Made by a program: the position numbers and the translations under genes
Origin: Lama guanicoe
Taxonomy: Eukaryota
DNA length: 64,000 nucleotides
Reading direction: 5' to 3'
Assembly: GCA_013239625.1 (NCBI GenBank)
Contig: MU054187.1
Location: forward strand, 6,955,757 to 7,019,756
Part shown: positions 13,114 through 25,211 of the stretch, piece by piece
Layout: the number at the start of each line of letters is the position of its first letter
Numbering within the stretch: position 1 is the stretch's first letter
The notes under the pieces: model-generated
What the model saw: only the letters and a program-made list of their open reading frames with translations
What the model was told of the DNA's origin: nothing
Databases searched by the model: none

Positions 13114-13829
13114 GGCCCCTAAAAGGGAGTGAGTAACTCAATCTTGGGTTGCCCTACAGGCGTGCAGTGCTGAGATTAACAAAACTCTCCACTGAGCAGC
13201 ACCCACCTGGAGGACCCAGATTTTAAAATAAACCCTGATAAACTAGAGGATGCGTGAAAACATGTTGTACGACAAGTTTTGAAGTAGTTGGGGTATTAGT
13301 CTGGAAGATTAGAGCTACGGTCGAATATGAGCCAAAGCCCACGTGTCCCATTCAGCAGGGACAAGAAGATTCTCTGTTACAGCTGGTTTGTAGGTAAGTC
13401 CCTTCCGTTTTCAGATTTTCCCATTTCAGTCTAGCAGAAGTGATGACCTCTTCCACTTGAGCCGCTGCGTAATCCTTGAGCAGGCTACGGCTGAAACACA
13501 CCTGAACTGGAGCACATCATGCTGGTAGTAGTTGCTTTGTACCTAACTCCATATGGACAAAGAAAGAGTCTGAGTATTCCCTGAGCCTCATACTGTTTCT
13601 CAGTATTTCTTGTTTTATTTCTTATAATACAACATCATTGTGTTTTTTTGTCATACTTTTTGGGGCAGCTGAAGCTGTGTGCCCAGGGTGGTAGTCTCCC
13701 AGTTGCCTGGAGGGTCCCAGTGTCTCAGTATGGGGGTGTAGCAATGGGATTTTTAAATACTTTATCCCACTGGGGTGTGTTGGAGATTTAGAGAGGCAGG
13801 GAGTGGAAAATGGGCTGAATTTGGAGCAG

Positions 13830-13928
13830 GAAATGAATTCAGGAAAGTTAAAGCCTAGGGTTGGGGCAAAACCCTAACCAGACAGAAAAGAGTAGCACTA
13901 GACATGGATGTTAGAGAAGAGACTGACT
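13830..13928 (+). repeat. Direct repeat copy 2
   Basis: gaaatgaattcaggaaagttaaagcctagggttggggcaaaaccctaaccagacagaaaaga... matches 13016-13113. Confidence 0.95.
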
Positions 13929-15394
13929 ATAATTTGTTCTGTTGGTAGAAATCGGTATAGACTTAAGTCGATAAAGCTGGTTCTAAACGTAAGTCTTAGG
14001 TAACGTTGGGGAAGAGATGAGACTTTAGGAAAAGTGTGATTGGAGAAGCAGAGACTGAAACTTGGTCTTAAAGAAGTAGATGGGAAACAATTGCTTTTTA
14101 TCTCCTGAGACAACTTTATCTCACAACTGAACCTCAACTGAATGCCCGACCACCATGAGGGCATCCCTGGTCACGTTCCTGGTGATCTCTGCCTTTCTCC
14201 TTCTGCACTGTGGGTCCCTCAGGGCCACCAACACACCGTTTGTCTCTGCAGCACTCCCACTACTTTTCTTCCTAGTTAGAGGCTCCCATAATATAGGCAC
14301 CAGATTAGTAACTGTGGAGTGAATGAATTAAGGATAAAACTCTCAAGGAGTCAGTCTTTACAAACACCCATTGCATAGTAATAACTCTGCTCTAGCTTCA
14401 GGGACCCGGACCTACCACTCAGTACAGTCAGGCAGATTGATGACGTGGAGGTCTGACCCATGGGAAGCACCAGTCCATCTGCCTTCTTGCTAGATCAGCA
14501 ATCAGATCAGATCCACAGCCTAATCCCCAGATGTAGTGTCATCTGTGTCTTTAAGATTAAAACCTACAAAGCTTCAGGGTGCAGTCCAGCCCCCTAAATA
14601 TGCCTGGGGGTCAGTATGAGAAATCTCTGACAAGGGTAAACTGTGCAGCAGGTAAACCTCTGTCTGCTTTCCAAAAGTTAAAAAAAAAAACGTCGATCCT
14701 AAGACAGGGTTGGTTTAAGTGTAGTTTAATTGTTTCTATGTGCGTTCTTATTAAGAAATATTAGCCCAGGGATTTTCACGCAATTAGAATTTAAATTCTG
14801 CTTTCTGCAAGGAAATGAGTTTTTATTAACATTCCTGATCTGAAATGATTTCAGAAATCCCCAGGCTGCCAAAGCGTGTATTTGATACATAACCTGGATT
14901 CGCCTCAGTTTGCACAATTATATTTCTTCATTCATTATCAATATATTCATTCATTCAGCTATTATTCAGAACTTCTTGTTAATGTATGAATGGTGTAGTA
15001 TCTGTTTGCTAAGGAAAATGAGGCTTTACAAGATAGCACTAGATTATAGATTCCTCTATTTTATTGGACACTTGGTGATGGCAATGATCATATTTTATTA
15101 ATTTTTATAACATCTGTTTCAATTCCTGGCACATAGTAGGGACTCAATAAATACTTATTAATGCATGAATAAATTTCCTGCTCTTATAGAGAAATTTTTG
15201 TCCAATATGAATGGATACTTTTTCTTACCAAACATGAAGAGTAACATTTTCTGTGTATGTGTGGCTAACGTCACTGGAATTGAAACAGCTGCAAACACAA
15301 ACTTTAGATATAAAATAGACCAACTGGTTTAAGATTTCAGAGGTATGATGTTAATAGACATTTTCAGGAGAAACTTCAGCGCTACAGCTATTGA

Positions 15395-15520
15395 GGGGCG
15401 GGTTTAGTTCAGTGGTAAAGTATGAGCTTGGCAGGCATGAGGTCCTGGATTCAATCCCCAGTACCTCCATTAAAAATACATAAATAAAAACGTAATTACC
15501 TTTCCCCCAAGCACAAAAAA
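15395..15520 (+). mobile_element. Camelid tRNA-Ala-derived SINE (vic-1-like)
   Basis: tRNA-like head with A and B boxes (tagttcagtggt; ggattcaatcc), ending ccccagtacctcca, then an A-rich linker, taattacctttccccc tail and oligo-A. Confidence 0.9.
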
Positions 15521-15999
15521 CTGAAGCTGTATTTGAATGGCTTGTTAAAGGAGGTGAGGGTGCATGAGGGATCTGAGAAGAGACTGATTACAAATCAGCC
15601 TGAGATGTTTAAGGGCTGGAGTTTTAACTGAATAGAGCAGGTTTTGTTTTTAAAAGTAAATAGAAGGCATGCAGGTCACTGTAGGGTTCTTTGTTTTGTT
15701 TTTGTTATGTTTTGTTTTAGGAAAGAGGAAACATAAAGCTCAAAGCACTCGATGTGAAATTCTTTTGGAAAAACAACTTTAAGAATTGTTGAACAATCCG
15801 AACATAAAGCAGAAGCACCACTTTTGTCCAGGCTACTTATATTCTTGATATAAATCCTATACACTCATTGAGCTGGAGAGGAAACTCAAGATGGTCTAGC
15901 TCAAGCTGTTTCTATTCTAGATAAGTAAAGGGAGGAATGCTTGGAAGGGGCTGAGATTTCACCGTCCTTGCCCACTAGCAAGTTGGCTGGTCGCAGTTT

Positions 16000-16426
16000 C
16001 AGGGGAGAAGACCTAGGGCTCCAGGGTCAGACGTGGAAGACAGGTTATTGCACACAGGAGACTGGAGGCAGCATCCGTGCGCCTGACCTCTGAGCCCCAG
16101 GTCCCGCAGAGGGAATAGCCAAGTCCATCTGACACACAGACTCGCGGTGGGCTGTATTGAGAAAAGCTCTGAGCTTAAGGACTCTGAACCTTTCCCTGTG
16201 GGCAGAAAGCGTGTCTGCCCCTCCCTCTGCAAGGAGATTGATCTTTATTATACTGGGGAGTACATATGTCTGCCCTCTTCTCTGGGGGGAGATACTGTCT
16301 TTGTTTTCTGAGGCTGTTTGCTAGCCAAACATCTTCGAAAATACAGTCCAGAATAAAGGGCAGTCAGTGTCTCACAGTCAAGATGTGCAGAAATGCAAGA
16401 GACCGAAGGAGATTTGTCTTCCAACA
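16000..16426 (-). mobile_element. Solo LTR, MER92-like
   Basis: The minus strand starts TGTTGGAAGACAAATCTCCTTCGGTCTCTTGCATTTCTGCACATCTTG...CACTGACTGCCCTTT, a recognisable ERV LTR 5' end. The family name is from memory. Confidence 0.65.
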
Positions 16427-17564
16427 GAAATGAGTCATTTGAAGAAGGGTCACAAGATTGTTTTCGAGCTTAGAGCTCTGTTCACGCCACCATATTGTTT
16501 CCCGATAAACACCCCGAGTCACAGCACGTATAGTGTTTCATTTTCTGGAAGCCTGGTGTTCTCCCAATTTCAGAAGCAAACTTGGAAATCTCCAACACAG
16601 TTTAGAGAGTCAGTACCATATATATTATCCCTAATTCCACATTACTGCCTCTCTTGCTTCCAAGGTCAGCTTTGATAGGATTTAATCAGGCATCTCTTGA
16701 GTGAATGGAACAGTGGTGGTCTTGAAAAGTGGGACAGGATTTAAACATCAAGGAAGCCTGAATAAAAGGCAACTCTGCACAAAAGGCGATTCTCCCACTT
16801 TCTCAATGAGAGGAACTAATATTTTTGACCAGTCTAAATGTATGACTCTTAGAGATGTAGATGAAAGTCTACGACTTATTTATAATTCTTAATTTATAAT
16901 TGGAATTACTCATACATACTTAAAATCACATATGTCATTTTATGATATATTTGTAAAACTGCTTTTTCTCTCATTTCCTGAAGCAATGTCATTCAACTTC
17001 TCACATATCTTCCACATCTGGGGTCACTCTGCGGTCATTTAATGCAGTGTTTTTGACCATCATTTCTGCATTCACAGAAGTTTTTAAAAATTTGGTGGGT
17101 TTTGTTTCTGCATATGATGTTGCCACTACAAATCTGATCTCAAACCATAAATATATCAGCAAAGTTCTTTCTACATCTACGTCGTAGGTGTGTTGTTATC
17201 TCGAAAATGGAACACCACCATATGGGTTTTCAAGCAACGTTTTAATTCAATAACTACCAACAGTGGCAGGTGTGAGGACAGAATCCTAAGCGTTAATCCT
17301 AAATCCAGGCTATGGTTCTTGGCTCCCTCTTTCTTTCAGTTTATTCAGCTGAGCTCTAGAAGCATCTCAATTAGAATTGGTGGAGAATATTTCAGGCTAA
17401 TGCAGTTACTTAAAAACACAGTTACATAGAGCTCTGATCCATGAGAGATCTTCTAAGAACTTAAATGGAGAAATATTTTCTCTTTAATGAGACGTGATTT
17501 AGGTGGTGGAGGGGAGCCCTCACCTTGTTATTACATGTATTTTAGCTTCCTTCAGTTGAGTAAT

Positions 17565-17685
17565 TTGAAATTCAGATCCCATTTTTCTCCTCATTAAAAT
17601 GGAGAAAACCATGGACACTGCTTACGTCTTAGAGTTGTTATGAGCGTTGGACAAAATAACGAGTGTGAAAGAACTTGATAAACCG
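17565..17685 (+). mobile_element. MIR SINE fragment
   Basis: catttttctcctcattaaaatggaga...agagttgttatgagcgttggacaaaataacgagtgtgaaagaactt follows the MIR core and 3' end. Confidence 0.6.
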
Positions 17686-17739
17686 TTATTTCCATGTGTT
17701 TGCGTATTTGTTCACGATGCTTATCCATTATTCTCTACC

Positions 17740-18250
17740 CGGATGGTTGCCACCCATATTTACCCAGTCACCTAAACTTCAAATTTGGGAGGCATCTTTG
17801 ATGTACTTCCTTATCGACCCTAGTTCTGCCAGTTATTTTTCCTCTTAGATTCTAGTCATTATGCCTCTGTATTCCTGTCCACTGCTGTTTTCGTTCTGAC
17901 CTTGATCATCCTGTCTTGACTGGCTCCATGAGCACCGTGCAGCCTCTTTTCACATAGCCCTCAGAGCAGTCTATATATATATATTTTTTCATTGAAGTAC
18001 TGTCAGTTACAATGTGTCCATTTCTGGTGTACAGCACAATGTCCCAGTCATGCATGTATATACATATATTCATTTTCATATTCTTTTTCATTAAAGGTTA
18101 TTCCAAGGTATTGAATATAGTTCCCTGTGCCCTACAGAATTTCTTTTTTATCTATTTTTACATATAGTGGTTAACATCTATCCTAAATGCAAGCCAAACC
18201 TTGTCACTCCTAAGATTGAAATCTCTAAATGTCTCCCATTTGCCTAAAGT
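17740..18250 (+). mobile_element. L2 fragment interrupted by a young L1 insertion
   Basis: cacccatatttacccagtcacctaaacttcaaatttgggaggcatctttga... resumes after 18177 as cctaaatgcaagccaaaccttgtcactcc. Confidence 0.65.
17972..18177 (-). mobile_element. Lineage-specific L1 3' end, severely 5'-truncated
   Basis: Highly similar to the first ~200 nt of the L1 at 32585-33140 (attgaagta...cagttacaatgtgtc...ttctttttcatta...ttgaatatagttccctgtgc). Confidence 0.9.
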
Positions 18251-18500
18251 CATACCTAAAGTGCATTTTGTGATCCCAAGTTCTGTAAAGAGATGTTCTC
18301 TTAAAAAAGCATTTGACAAGTAAAAAGGCAATTGGAAATTCTATAGAGTATATTCAAAATTCTTACTGCTGAAAAATGCTCATTTGCATATAAGCTCTTA
18401 GAAGTCCTAGAATCAAAACATCTCTTTGTTTTCCCAAGTAACATTATATTCCTAAATTATTTGGTAATAAAATTCTTCTGTTCAGCAAAACATCTGTTAC
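18250..18500. mobile_element. hAT-Charlie-type MITE (decayed)
   Basis: catttgcatataagctcttagaagtcctagaa-type core, also alignable by eye to 61990-62235. Confidence 0.5.
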
Positions 18501-18833
18501 TGCTCTAAGAAAGGTAAGCCTGAACAATAATGCCCCAACTCCTAAATGTGGTCCAGGGCCCCCCTTGCTCCCTCCATCCTCACCTCTCACCTCTCCTGGT
18601 CACTGCCCCCAAACTCCAGTAACTGTCAGAGGAGTTTAAAATTAGAAGAGAAAGCTTTGATTCCCAGAGAGAGTATAGTCTACGCTCTTGAAATGCTAAT
18701 AAGTTGTAGTACTCGTTAGTTCTACTCTATATTTAAAATTGTTCTTAGATGATTGTTCTTTGTAAGTAGCACATGGACTAATTAAACACTAGGTTTCTGA
18801 TTTTGGCTGATATTTTAGAAGTAAGTATTGGAA

Positions 18834-18984
18834 GTGGAGGATATAGCTCAGTGGAAGAGTGCATGGTTAGCATGCACGGGGTCCTGGGTTCAATCCCCAG
18901 TACCTCCATATAACTAAATAAATAAATGAATAAATAAATATCTAATTACCTTCCTCCCAAAATAAAGTAAAAACAATTTTTTAA
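18834..18984 (+). mobile_element. Camelid tRNA-Ala-derived SINE (vic-1-like)
   Basis: tatagctcagtggaagagtgcatggttagcatgcacggggtcctgggttcaatccccagtacctcca, then (taaa)n and ctaattacc tail. Imperfect TSD taagtattggaa / taaatattggaa. Confidence 0.92.
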
Positions 18985-20049
18985 AGACTAAATATTGGAA
19001 TACATTACAGATTCATGCTATGGAGACAGCAAATGGGAAAGTCAGCAAATGGGAAAGTCTGTCCAATTTATCAAGCCTAATTGTTGTTAATATCGCAGGC
19101 ACACATGGAGAAAATGCTAGAATTCTGTCATTGATAGTTTCACCCAGAAGTACATAAGTTTATAAGATTGAGAGTTGAAGCTAATTAATGTTCTCAGACT
19201 TAAAAAAAAAAACCCAAAAACTCAAAAGTACCTGAAGTTGGTAGTTTGATAATTAGGCTGTTCTTCATTTTCAGGCAGAAATTCAACATGATTAGGAGCG
19301 CTGAAGTGCTGGGCAGGTCAATTGTGCATCATTATTAGAGCCATTTAATGCATTTTAATGGTGGTTGATAAGGTACAAAATGCCACGTAAGCCTAAAAAA
19401 GAAGTTTTATTCCACGATATGTAAGCATAGATATACATGAGCTCATATTTGCATTTTTATGCATTAGTTCAAAAAATTAAACATGTTCTCTTAGATATGA
19501 GTCATAGAATATGTAATTTCTGAAAGGTGAGCCCTGCTGAAGCCAGCGCCTCTTCACACGGTGCACCTCGGGATCCTCGGACACAAATTGCCCTTTAACA
19601 GTGAATTAAAGAAAAGATGTCTTCAGCATTTGTGTTGCTGAAAAATCATGCTTTAAGTTATAAAGTCAATTGCTTGTGTAACTAGCTTATTCCACTTATT
19701 TTCTCAGATTTATTAATAAATATAAAATATCAGCTTAAATGTTAACAGAGTTCATAGGTTTATACAAGTACAAAAACCAAGCAAACAAACGGAAAGAATT
19801 AAAAGTGCGAGGACAGTTCTAGAGGAGTCTCCATTTTCTTAGCTCTGCTTTTAAAGTCTTTAACAAACTCCCATGTACCTTAGATAAGATTCTTATACTT
19901 AAGCATTCTTTTTCTTAAAGAACTAAGGGTTGATATTGGAGGAGATCAGTGAATATCATTTCTATCCTTTCTGCGTATCTGGTTTAGAAACAGTTGCGAC
20001 ATAGACACTGACAGAGATCAAAATACAGCTTTTTGGTTTTCACCTGATA

Positions 20050-21200
20050 AGAGCCATTAGACCGCGTGGTTTCTGTCTGTCAGCGAGTGAAGTGGACGTG
20101 CTAACACTTCCTGATCCCCAGGCTAGCGCGTGGGACCGCTGCATCAGAGGGCAGCTTTGGATCTGCAGCGCAGAGACGCTTACCCAGGATTGCTGCCTCT
20201 GGTTCAGGGGAGGCAAGTCGGAGAGAGACCCCACTCTCCAGGCTCCACCCAATCACCAGGACCAGTGGCTGTCATCCACCTCATAGTCGCTCCACAACTC
20301 CACAGCCTGGAGGAGAGCAGGATGAGGCCGGAACAGGTCCTCTGTGAGAAACAGCAGGGCAGCCAGCACTGGTTCTCTGATGTGGGCGGCACGTGCAGTC
20401 TGTGGGAGGAGTACATCACTGCACCTTTCCTCTGAAGGCACCACTTCCCTGTGTTGTCTTAAGGAAAGTGGTGGGAAACCCACATAAGCCTCCATTCTGG
20501 TCCCTGTGTAAAAGCTAAATGGAGCTTGGTGGTAACGTTCCCAGTTGAGGGGATGCAGGTTGATTCCAAAGTTATTATGACATTAATGACAAGGAGAAGC
20601 AATCCTAGTGTCAAGCTCCTCTATGCCTGGGAGCACCTCTGTGACATCCGTGCGCCCTGCAGCTCTTCAGGGCCACCCGCATGCGAGATTCCCCCGAATC
20701 TAGTCTCACAGCAGAGGCACTTGTGCTGAAGCCCTTTCCGGGGGGGTGGGGGGCAGGGGATGCAGCCAGGGAGGAGGGGAGGCGGTGTGTGTCCGGATGA
20801 TGCAGCCACAGGGTAACTGTTGCACTGAGCAGCCGCGGTTCTGTGTGTGAATGGCTGAGCGTCTGCCTGTGGGATCAGCACGTGGGGAGGCTGGTTACGG
20901 GTGGAGGTTCCCAAGCAGCTTGTGCTTAACCCCTGATTATTTAATCTCAAAGAAAACTGCTATCAGGACATAACCAGGTAGGCTTGTTTAAAAGGAAACC
21001 AGCTTCTTTACCGTTTGGAAAAATGAATAGTCCTTTTGTGATGGCTGCTGAGAGCATAGGAAGCCAGAGTCGTTCATAAACCTCACGGTGGGGCTCCAAA
21101 CAGCGAGGGCCCTCACTGTGCGCTTCATGGATCAGAACGCAGGTACTAGCACGCTTAGGGCAGGCCAGGCGCTGCTCTAGGAACTTAGCAGGAATTAACT
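20050..21200. promoter_or_regulatory. GC- and CpG-enriched non-repetitive patch (candidate regulatory element)
   Basis: Visible CpG excess over the AT-rich flanks, a G-run cluster at 20740-20779, and a partial CTCF-like GCATCAGAGGGCAG near 20141. Confidence 0.35.
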
Positions 21201-21395
21201 CATTGAACATGGATTGACTCCTATTCCACCGCAAAATACCCAACAAGTTTGTACTAACATTATTATCGTTTGTATCTTTATATTATTAAAAAAAAAAAGA
21301 ATGAGATTCGTATCAGGTTAAATAACCTATTGAATTTCATCTAGTTAGAAAACGCCAGAGTCAGGATGACAGCCGGTCTCTAAAGCCAGAACACT
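21150..21395 (-). mobile_element. MIR SINE
   Basis: ggccaggcgctgctctagg...attaactcattgaa...aatgagattcgtatcaggttaaataacct...gccagagtcaggatg, antisense MIR. Confidence 0.6.
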
Positions 21396-22139
21396 TAAGC
21401 TCTCCAAGGCGCCGTTTGGCACCGTCTGCTGGGATTGCTCGCTGTCCCTGATCAACAGAGTCCAACTCTACAAAGTGAACCTTTCACTCGTGGTTATTTA
21501 GAAAGCTTCAAAGGAAGTCTAACCGATACCACTTATTAGAAAAAATTTTAGCAGCGTTTTTAGTAAATGAAAATTTTTATGTGACTCGATCTTAGGTTTC
21601 TGGATCATTTGCTCTGCTCTGCCTGGAATGTTTGTATTTGAAGCGCGACATGATGTGTTTAGTTGTTTCCTTTGTGAGTGTTGTTCTTTCCTTCCCTCCA
21701 CTTGCATAGTAAGCATCTTGAGAAAAGTGCTCAGCGAAAGGAGGAACTCATTAAATATTTGTACAACGATTAAATGAAGGAATGAAGTTAAAAAGTTATT
21801 TATTTAGTTGCTAGCAGCCCATTTTCTTTCTCATTCCAGTTTTAAACAGAGAATAACTGTTACTAACTAACTCAGAATTTTTATGGAGTTGAGACAAATG
21901 AATTATTGAAAATCCGTGCAGGTCCGTGGTGGTTTTAAATGTTGTACCTAATGACCCATAGTCTTAATACAAGTATGTGCTTAATGATTCATATGCTTAA
22001 CATTAGTAAGTACTTATTTATTTTTAATTGATGTAACGTCAAGTGAGCAGTGAAGACTTACGTGTTTAAAAATAAGGCTTCCTCTGCCATGCCCAGCAGC
22101 TGCAGTAGTGAGCAGTCTCGAGCAAGTTTCTTTCTACCT

Positions 22140-22465
22140 CTAGGCTTTGTACTTGCGGTTTCCTCTGCCTGTAACGTTTACCTCCTCCCCTTTCACCTTG
22201 TTAACTCCGGTTGTTCCTTTAAGTCTTAGCTTCCGTGTCTCTTCCTCCAGGAGGCATGCCTAGGCCCCTCCAAGATGGGCGGAATACATGTTCTGTGCTA
22301 CCTGCTCAGGCCCCTTTCATAGTCACTGTAACTGATTTGTCTTTTGGTCTTTCCCCCCCCCCCGCCCCCGGACCATCCAGTTCTGGACGACGGAGATTCT
22401 CTCTGGCACCTAGTGCCAGCTATGCTCCAGCAGAGAATTCCAATAAACGTTGAATGAGTGAATGG
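22140..22465 (+). mobile_element. L2 3' end
   Basis: ttgtacttgcggtttcctctgcctg...cacctagtgccagc...caataaacgttgaatgagtgaatg, the canonical L2 tail. Confidence 0.8.
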
Positions 22466-23270
22466 GCACCAAGGGTAAGCAAGGGGGTGTGCTGCAAGAA
22501 TCACTCTCAGTAATAGGACATAATTTAGGAAACAGTATAGGAGCAGGAGGCAGGAATTAAAGGGACAAATTCAGAGGGTTCAGCATAACCCAAGTGGTCA
22601 TAATGGTTTCTGGCTTTTAAAGAGCTGGGCGTGTATCTGTCACCTCATGCCAGGTAGTTCCCAGGGTTTCCATGTCAATTCCAGAAGGAGGGAGAATGGG
22701 GCACGGCACCAGGAAAAACCCACAGACAACACTTGATGAGGAAAGAGAAAGTTTCTTTTTCAAGCAGAAGAAATGAATGGAGCTAGTCTGAAACTGGGAA
22801 GGTGTTTAATTCGTTCTTACTCTCTTTCTATTTTTCTATACAGATTAGAAATAAAAAAAAATTCTTATGTAGGGTGATGCAGTGTACCATAATAATGGGG
22901 AATGGTTACCCAGAGGATATTTCTCATTTGATTTTCCTTCCCTAGAGGTTAATGTGAGTTTAAAAATTTTCACATCTCTCTTTCTTTAAATCCCATTGGA
23001 GTATAAGGAAATGGGAATGTTTATTGGGCATGTTAATGAGTAAATGAATAGTTTTCTATACGTCTTCTGTTGTAGTTCCATTAAGTGAAAGCACTAAGGC
23101 AAATTAGGACATTACTTCATGAGTATATTAATAGATGCAGGCCTATTAACATACAAAAAGTCAATTAGCAAATCCAGACTTTGAGCAATGCCTTAAAGGT
23201 AATTATAAAACTTCTGTAAAAAAATTTTTTTTCTCAAATCATTTAACTCCTCTAACTTGGAAAGTTCTTA

Positions 23271-25211
23271 GGAGGGGTTCAAGATGACAGTGTAGGAAGA
23301 TCTGGAACTTTCCTCTTGCCATGAACACAACAAATCTGTAGCTACGCAGGGAATAATTCCAGAAAAGTATTTGGAAATTGGATGAGCAAAACCTCCATGA
23401 CAAAGGATAAAAGGATAGCATTAAGATAGGTAGGAAGGGCGGAGAGACCGTCTTACCAAGGAAAACACACACCCCAGCCACAGCAACACCCACAAGTGGG
23501 ACGGGTCATGAAGATTCAGATCTTTTCCCTGAAGAGTGAGGGATTCCAGCTCCATCAGGCACTCCCATCCCTAAGTCCTGCGCAGAAGAGACGAGCCCCC
23601 CAAACGCTGGCCTTGAAAACCAACAAGGCATACATTCAGGAAAATCACAGAACTGCAGGAAATGGAAAACTCAGCTCTTAAAAGGCCCACATCCAACACT
23701 GGCCTTGACCTCAAAACCAGCGCAAAAATACCAGATGGAAAAGCACATGGACAACAGGTGAAGGGGACCCACTTATACTCATCTTGAAGAGAGACGCAGA
23801 ACCATTTGGGACGGAGACACTGGTGGGAGCCATTTTCAAATTCTCCCTCTAACCTGTTACTGACAGTTGTGCACCCAGCTGAGAGCCCTGCCCTCCCTGG
23901 GCTTTGGCTGAGCCTCACAGTGAGCCAGGCACTAGCCCCACCGACACATGCAATGGCCTGGGGCAGGCCCACAGCCAGCCCAGGGGCCAGCCCTGCCCAC
24001 CAGCACCTGCAGCGGCATCAGCGGCCCCATCACATCAGGAGGGCACAGGCGCCCACACAAGGGCATCCCTGGAGCACCTGTCCCAGGTAGCCTTTGGGAT
24101 GGTACCTCTGAACCTTGCGGACATCTCCTCAGTAAGGCCACTCTCTCCACGCTGGGGGAGGTGGCTGATTTCCCTAATACACAGAAACAAACCCAGAGAA
24201 CTGGGCAAAAGGTGGAGACAGAGGAATATGTTCCAATCAAAAGAACAAGACAAAACCTCAGGGAAAAAACAAAACAAAACAACAAAACTAGCTAGACTAG
24301 CCAAGAAAAAAGAGAACTCAAATAAAATCAGAAATGAAAGAGAAGTTGCAAGTGATACCACAGAAATATAAAGGATCATGAGAGACTACCACACTTAGAC
24401 ATCAACAGATTGGACAGCCTACATGAAATGGATAGATTCCTAGAAACATACAATCTTCCAAGACTGAATTGTGAAGAAATTGAAAATCTGAACAGAGAGG
24501 TTACTAGTAAAGAAGTTGAAATAGTAACAAAAAATCTCCCCCCAAATAAAAGCCAGTGACCAGATGGCCTCACTAGTGAATTCTACAAAACATGCAAAGA
24601 AAATTTAATACCTATGCTTCTTAAGCTCTTCAAAAAAACTGAAGAGGGGAAACTTCCAAACACATTGTACAAAGCCAGCGTTACCCTAATAACCAGAAGC
24701 ACAGACAAGAACACCATGAGAAAAGAAATTTGTAGGCCAGTGTACTTGACAAAGAAGCAAAGATCCTCAGCAGATTGTCAGCAGGCTGAGTCCAGCGATG
24801 CTTTAAAAGGTACATGCACTGTGATCAAGTGGAATATGACGCAGCTGCTGAAAAGAATGAAGCAAAATCCTGCCATTGTGACAACACAGATGGACCTGGA
24901 AGGCATCATGCCAAATGAAGTAAGCCAGACAGAGAAAAACAAATACCGTATGATTTCACTCGTATGTGGAATCTAAAAAGCCACAACAAATGAACAAACA
25001 AAACAAAACAAAAACAAACTCATAAGCTAAACAGAGATTGGCTTAATGGTTACCAGAGGGGAAGGAGGTTGGGAAATGGGCGAAATGAGTGAAGGAGGTC
25101 AATTATATGGTGATGGATGGTAACTATGGTAACTAGACAGTGATGGTGACCAATTTATAGCACATACAGATGTGAAATGATAATGCTGTTCGCCTGAAAC
25201 TTACATAATAA
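23271..25211 (+). mobile_element. L1 retaining 5' UTR, ORF1 start, an ORF2 segment and 3' end, with two large internal deletions
   Basis: 5' end ggaggggttcaagatgac. ORF1 N-terminal-like RRQRNMFQSKEQDKTS joins directly to ORF2 LARLAKKKENSNKIRNE, followed by [25 protein letters not shown], then the 3'-end [30 protein letters not shown] region and 3' UTR. Confidence 0.9.

Noticed and set aside
13016..13928. CRISPR-like array
   Set aside because: Only two long repeats in a eukaryotic context, with no regular repeat-spacer periodicity anywhere in the window.
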